Assembly: GCA_902774185.1 (NCBI GenBank)
Contig: CACYHE010000001.1
Span: forward strand, 108,332-140,331
Direction: 5' to 3'
Length of the DNA: 32,000 nt
DNA from: an uncultured Bacteroidales bacterium
GTDB lineage: Bacteria > Bacteroidota > Bacteroidia > Bacteroidales > Paludibacteraceae
This document shows, piece after piece, positions 31,062 through 32,000 of the stretch. The first letter of the stretch is position 1; every line of letters begins with the position of its first letter. Position numbers and translations under genes: made by a program. Below the pieces are notes generated by a model. It saw nothing but the letters and a program-made list of their open reading frames with translations, ran no database searches and was not told the origin of the DNA.

Positions 31062-31520
31062 ATGGAAAAGATAGACGAATTAGATCGTAAAATTCTTAGA
31101 ATTATCACGCAGAGCGCCCGTATTCCGTTCAAGGATGTAGCGGAGCAATGTAACGTAAGTCGCGCCGCAGTACACCAGCGTGTGCAGAAGATGTTTGACA
31201 ACGGTGTCATCACCGGTTCCAGTTACCATGTAGAGCCGGCTGCTTTGGGATATCACCTGTGTGTGTATATCGGTATCACGATGGAGAAAGCATCGATGTA
31301 CAACAAAGTCATTGCTGCACTGAAGGAGATTCCGGAGGTAGTGGAGGCACAATATACCTTAGGTGCTTTCGGTCTGCTTGTCAAAGTGTTTGCACATGAT
31401 AACGAGCATCTGCTGCAGGTGTTGAATACGAAGATCCAAGAGATACCAGGTGTTGCCAATACGACTACGTTAACGGCACTTGCACAACCTATCTATCGTC
31501 AGTTACCGATTGAGGTTTAA
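31062..31520 (+). CDS. Lrp/AsnC family transcriptional regulator
   Basis: MEKIDELDRKILRIITQSARIPFKDVAEQCNVSRAAVHQRV is the HTH_AsnC segment, followed by an RAM/ACT-like C-terminal domain. ATG lies 30 nt after a TAATTTTG box. Confidence 0.88.
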   Translation: MEKIDELDRKILRIITQSARIPFKDVAEQCNVSRAAVHQRVQKMFDNGVITGSSYHVEPAALGYHLCVYIGITMEKASMYNKVIAALKEIPEVVEAQYTLGAFGLLVKVFAHDNEHLLQVLNTKIQEIPGVANTTTLTALAQPIYRQLPIEV

Positions 31521-31558
31521 GGAATTAGGGTTTAGAGAATTAGGGAATTAGAGAATTT
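31516..31558. repeat. aattaggg/aattagag array (period 7-8, roughly 16-bp super-unit), trpS leader
   Basis: tttaagg aattaggg tttagag aattaggg aattagag aattt. It starts at the Lrp-family gene stop codon and ends at the trpS ATG. Confidence 0.9.
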
Positions 31559-32000
31559 ATGGAAAGAGTTATTAGTGGTATACGACCGACGGGTAATTTG
31601 CATTTGGGCAATTATTTCGGTGCGGTGAAGAGTTTTGTGAAAATGCAGGACGAATATGACTGTATGTTCTTCATTGCAGACTGGCACTCCTTGACCACCC
31701 ATCCGACGCCGGAGAATATCAAACGTTCGGTCAAGACGATCTTAAGCGAGTATCTGGCTTGCGGTATTGATCCTCAGAAGGCACCTATCTATGTGCAGAG
31801 CGATGTGAAACAGGTGCTGGAGTTGTATCTGTATCTGAATATGAACGCGTATCTGGGTGAATTGGAGCGTGTTACGTCATTCAAGGAGAAAGTGCGCAAG
31901 CAGCCGGATAACGTTAATGCCGGTTTGCTGACTTATCCTTGTCTGATGGCAGCGGATATCTTAATGCACAAGGCAGACAAAGTGCCGGTTGGAAAGGATC
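31559..32000 (+). CDS. trpS: Tryptophan--tRNA ligase, 5' part; continues past the window
   Basis: MERVISGIRPTGNLHLGNYFGAVKSF carries the HIGH-type motif, followed by ADWHSLTT. The frame is open to the window end. Confidence 0.9.
   Translation, partial: MERVISGIRPTGNLHLGNYFGAVKSFVKMQDEYDCMFFIADWHSLTTHPTPENIKRSVKTILSEYLACGIDPQKAPIYVQSDVKQVLELYLYLNMNAYLGELERVTSFKEKVRKQPDNVNAGLLTYPCLMAADILMHKADKVPVGKD

Noticed and set aside
31525-31545. Telomere-like TTAGGG / TTTAGGG strings in the trpS leader array
   Set aside because: The site is internal to the chromosome, there are only two such strings, and they are part of the AATTAGG unit family. I regard the resemblance to eukaryotic telomere repeats as coincidental.

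Overview
This is a chromosomal core region that looks like Bacteroidota (Bacteroidales-like). The taxonomic call rests on TTTG-N18-21-TAnnTTTG promoters, no Shine-Dalgarno use, and families such as DUF4835, DUF4831, GxxExxY, DUF3109 and SIMPL. I call about 31 protein genes and recognised no rRNA, tRNA or CRISPR. Positions 1-20534 form one long minus-strand gene train: a partial secreted protein, PBP1A, hemW, rarA, recN, DUF4835, DUF4831, aroE, tilS, ettA, folA, an AT-rich two-gene insert, thyA, an OmpA/TPR/beta-propeller lipoprotein, DUF1015, bactofilin, an esterase and an FGE-domain protein. The remainder is mostly plus strand: SIMPL, gyrA, a TPR lipoprotein, ruvX, def, mntP, DUF3109, cinA and a metallophosphoesterase, then an O-methyltransferase on minus, an Lrp/AsnC regulator and trpS. 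The gene content is ordinary housekeeping. The unusual signal is non-genic: at least 21 very short tandem arrays (period 7 or 8 bp, sometimes alternating 7/8 to give 15; 3-5 units) sit at about 13 of about 20 non-overlapping gene junctions. They are oriented with transcription and fall into a few recurring unit families. These arrays provide stop codons, start-codon contexts, C-terminal residues and complete signal peptides. Three of them are translated inside conserved enzymes (aroE, DUF1015, cinA). I do not know a described repeat family that matches, and I treat this as the main finding. Secondary observations are an AT-rich two-gene insert (GxxExxY nuclease-like protein plus a small membrane protein) that splits thyA from folA and is flanked by about 120-bp inverted-repeat elements, and three near-identical full-length promoters. 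All coordinates and repeat units were read by eye. No alignments, GC statistics or database searches were run.
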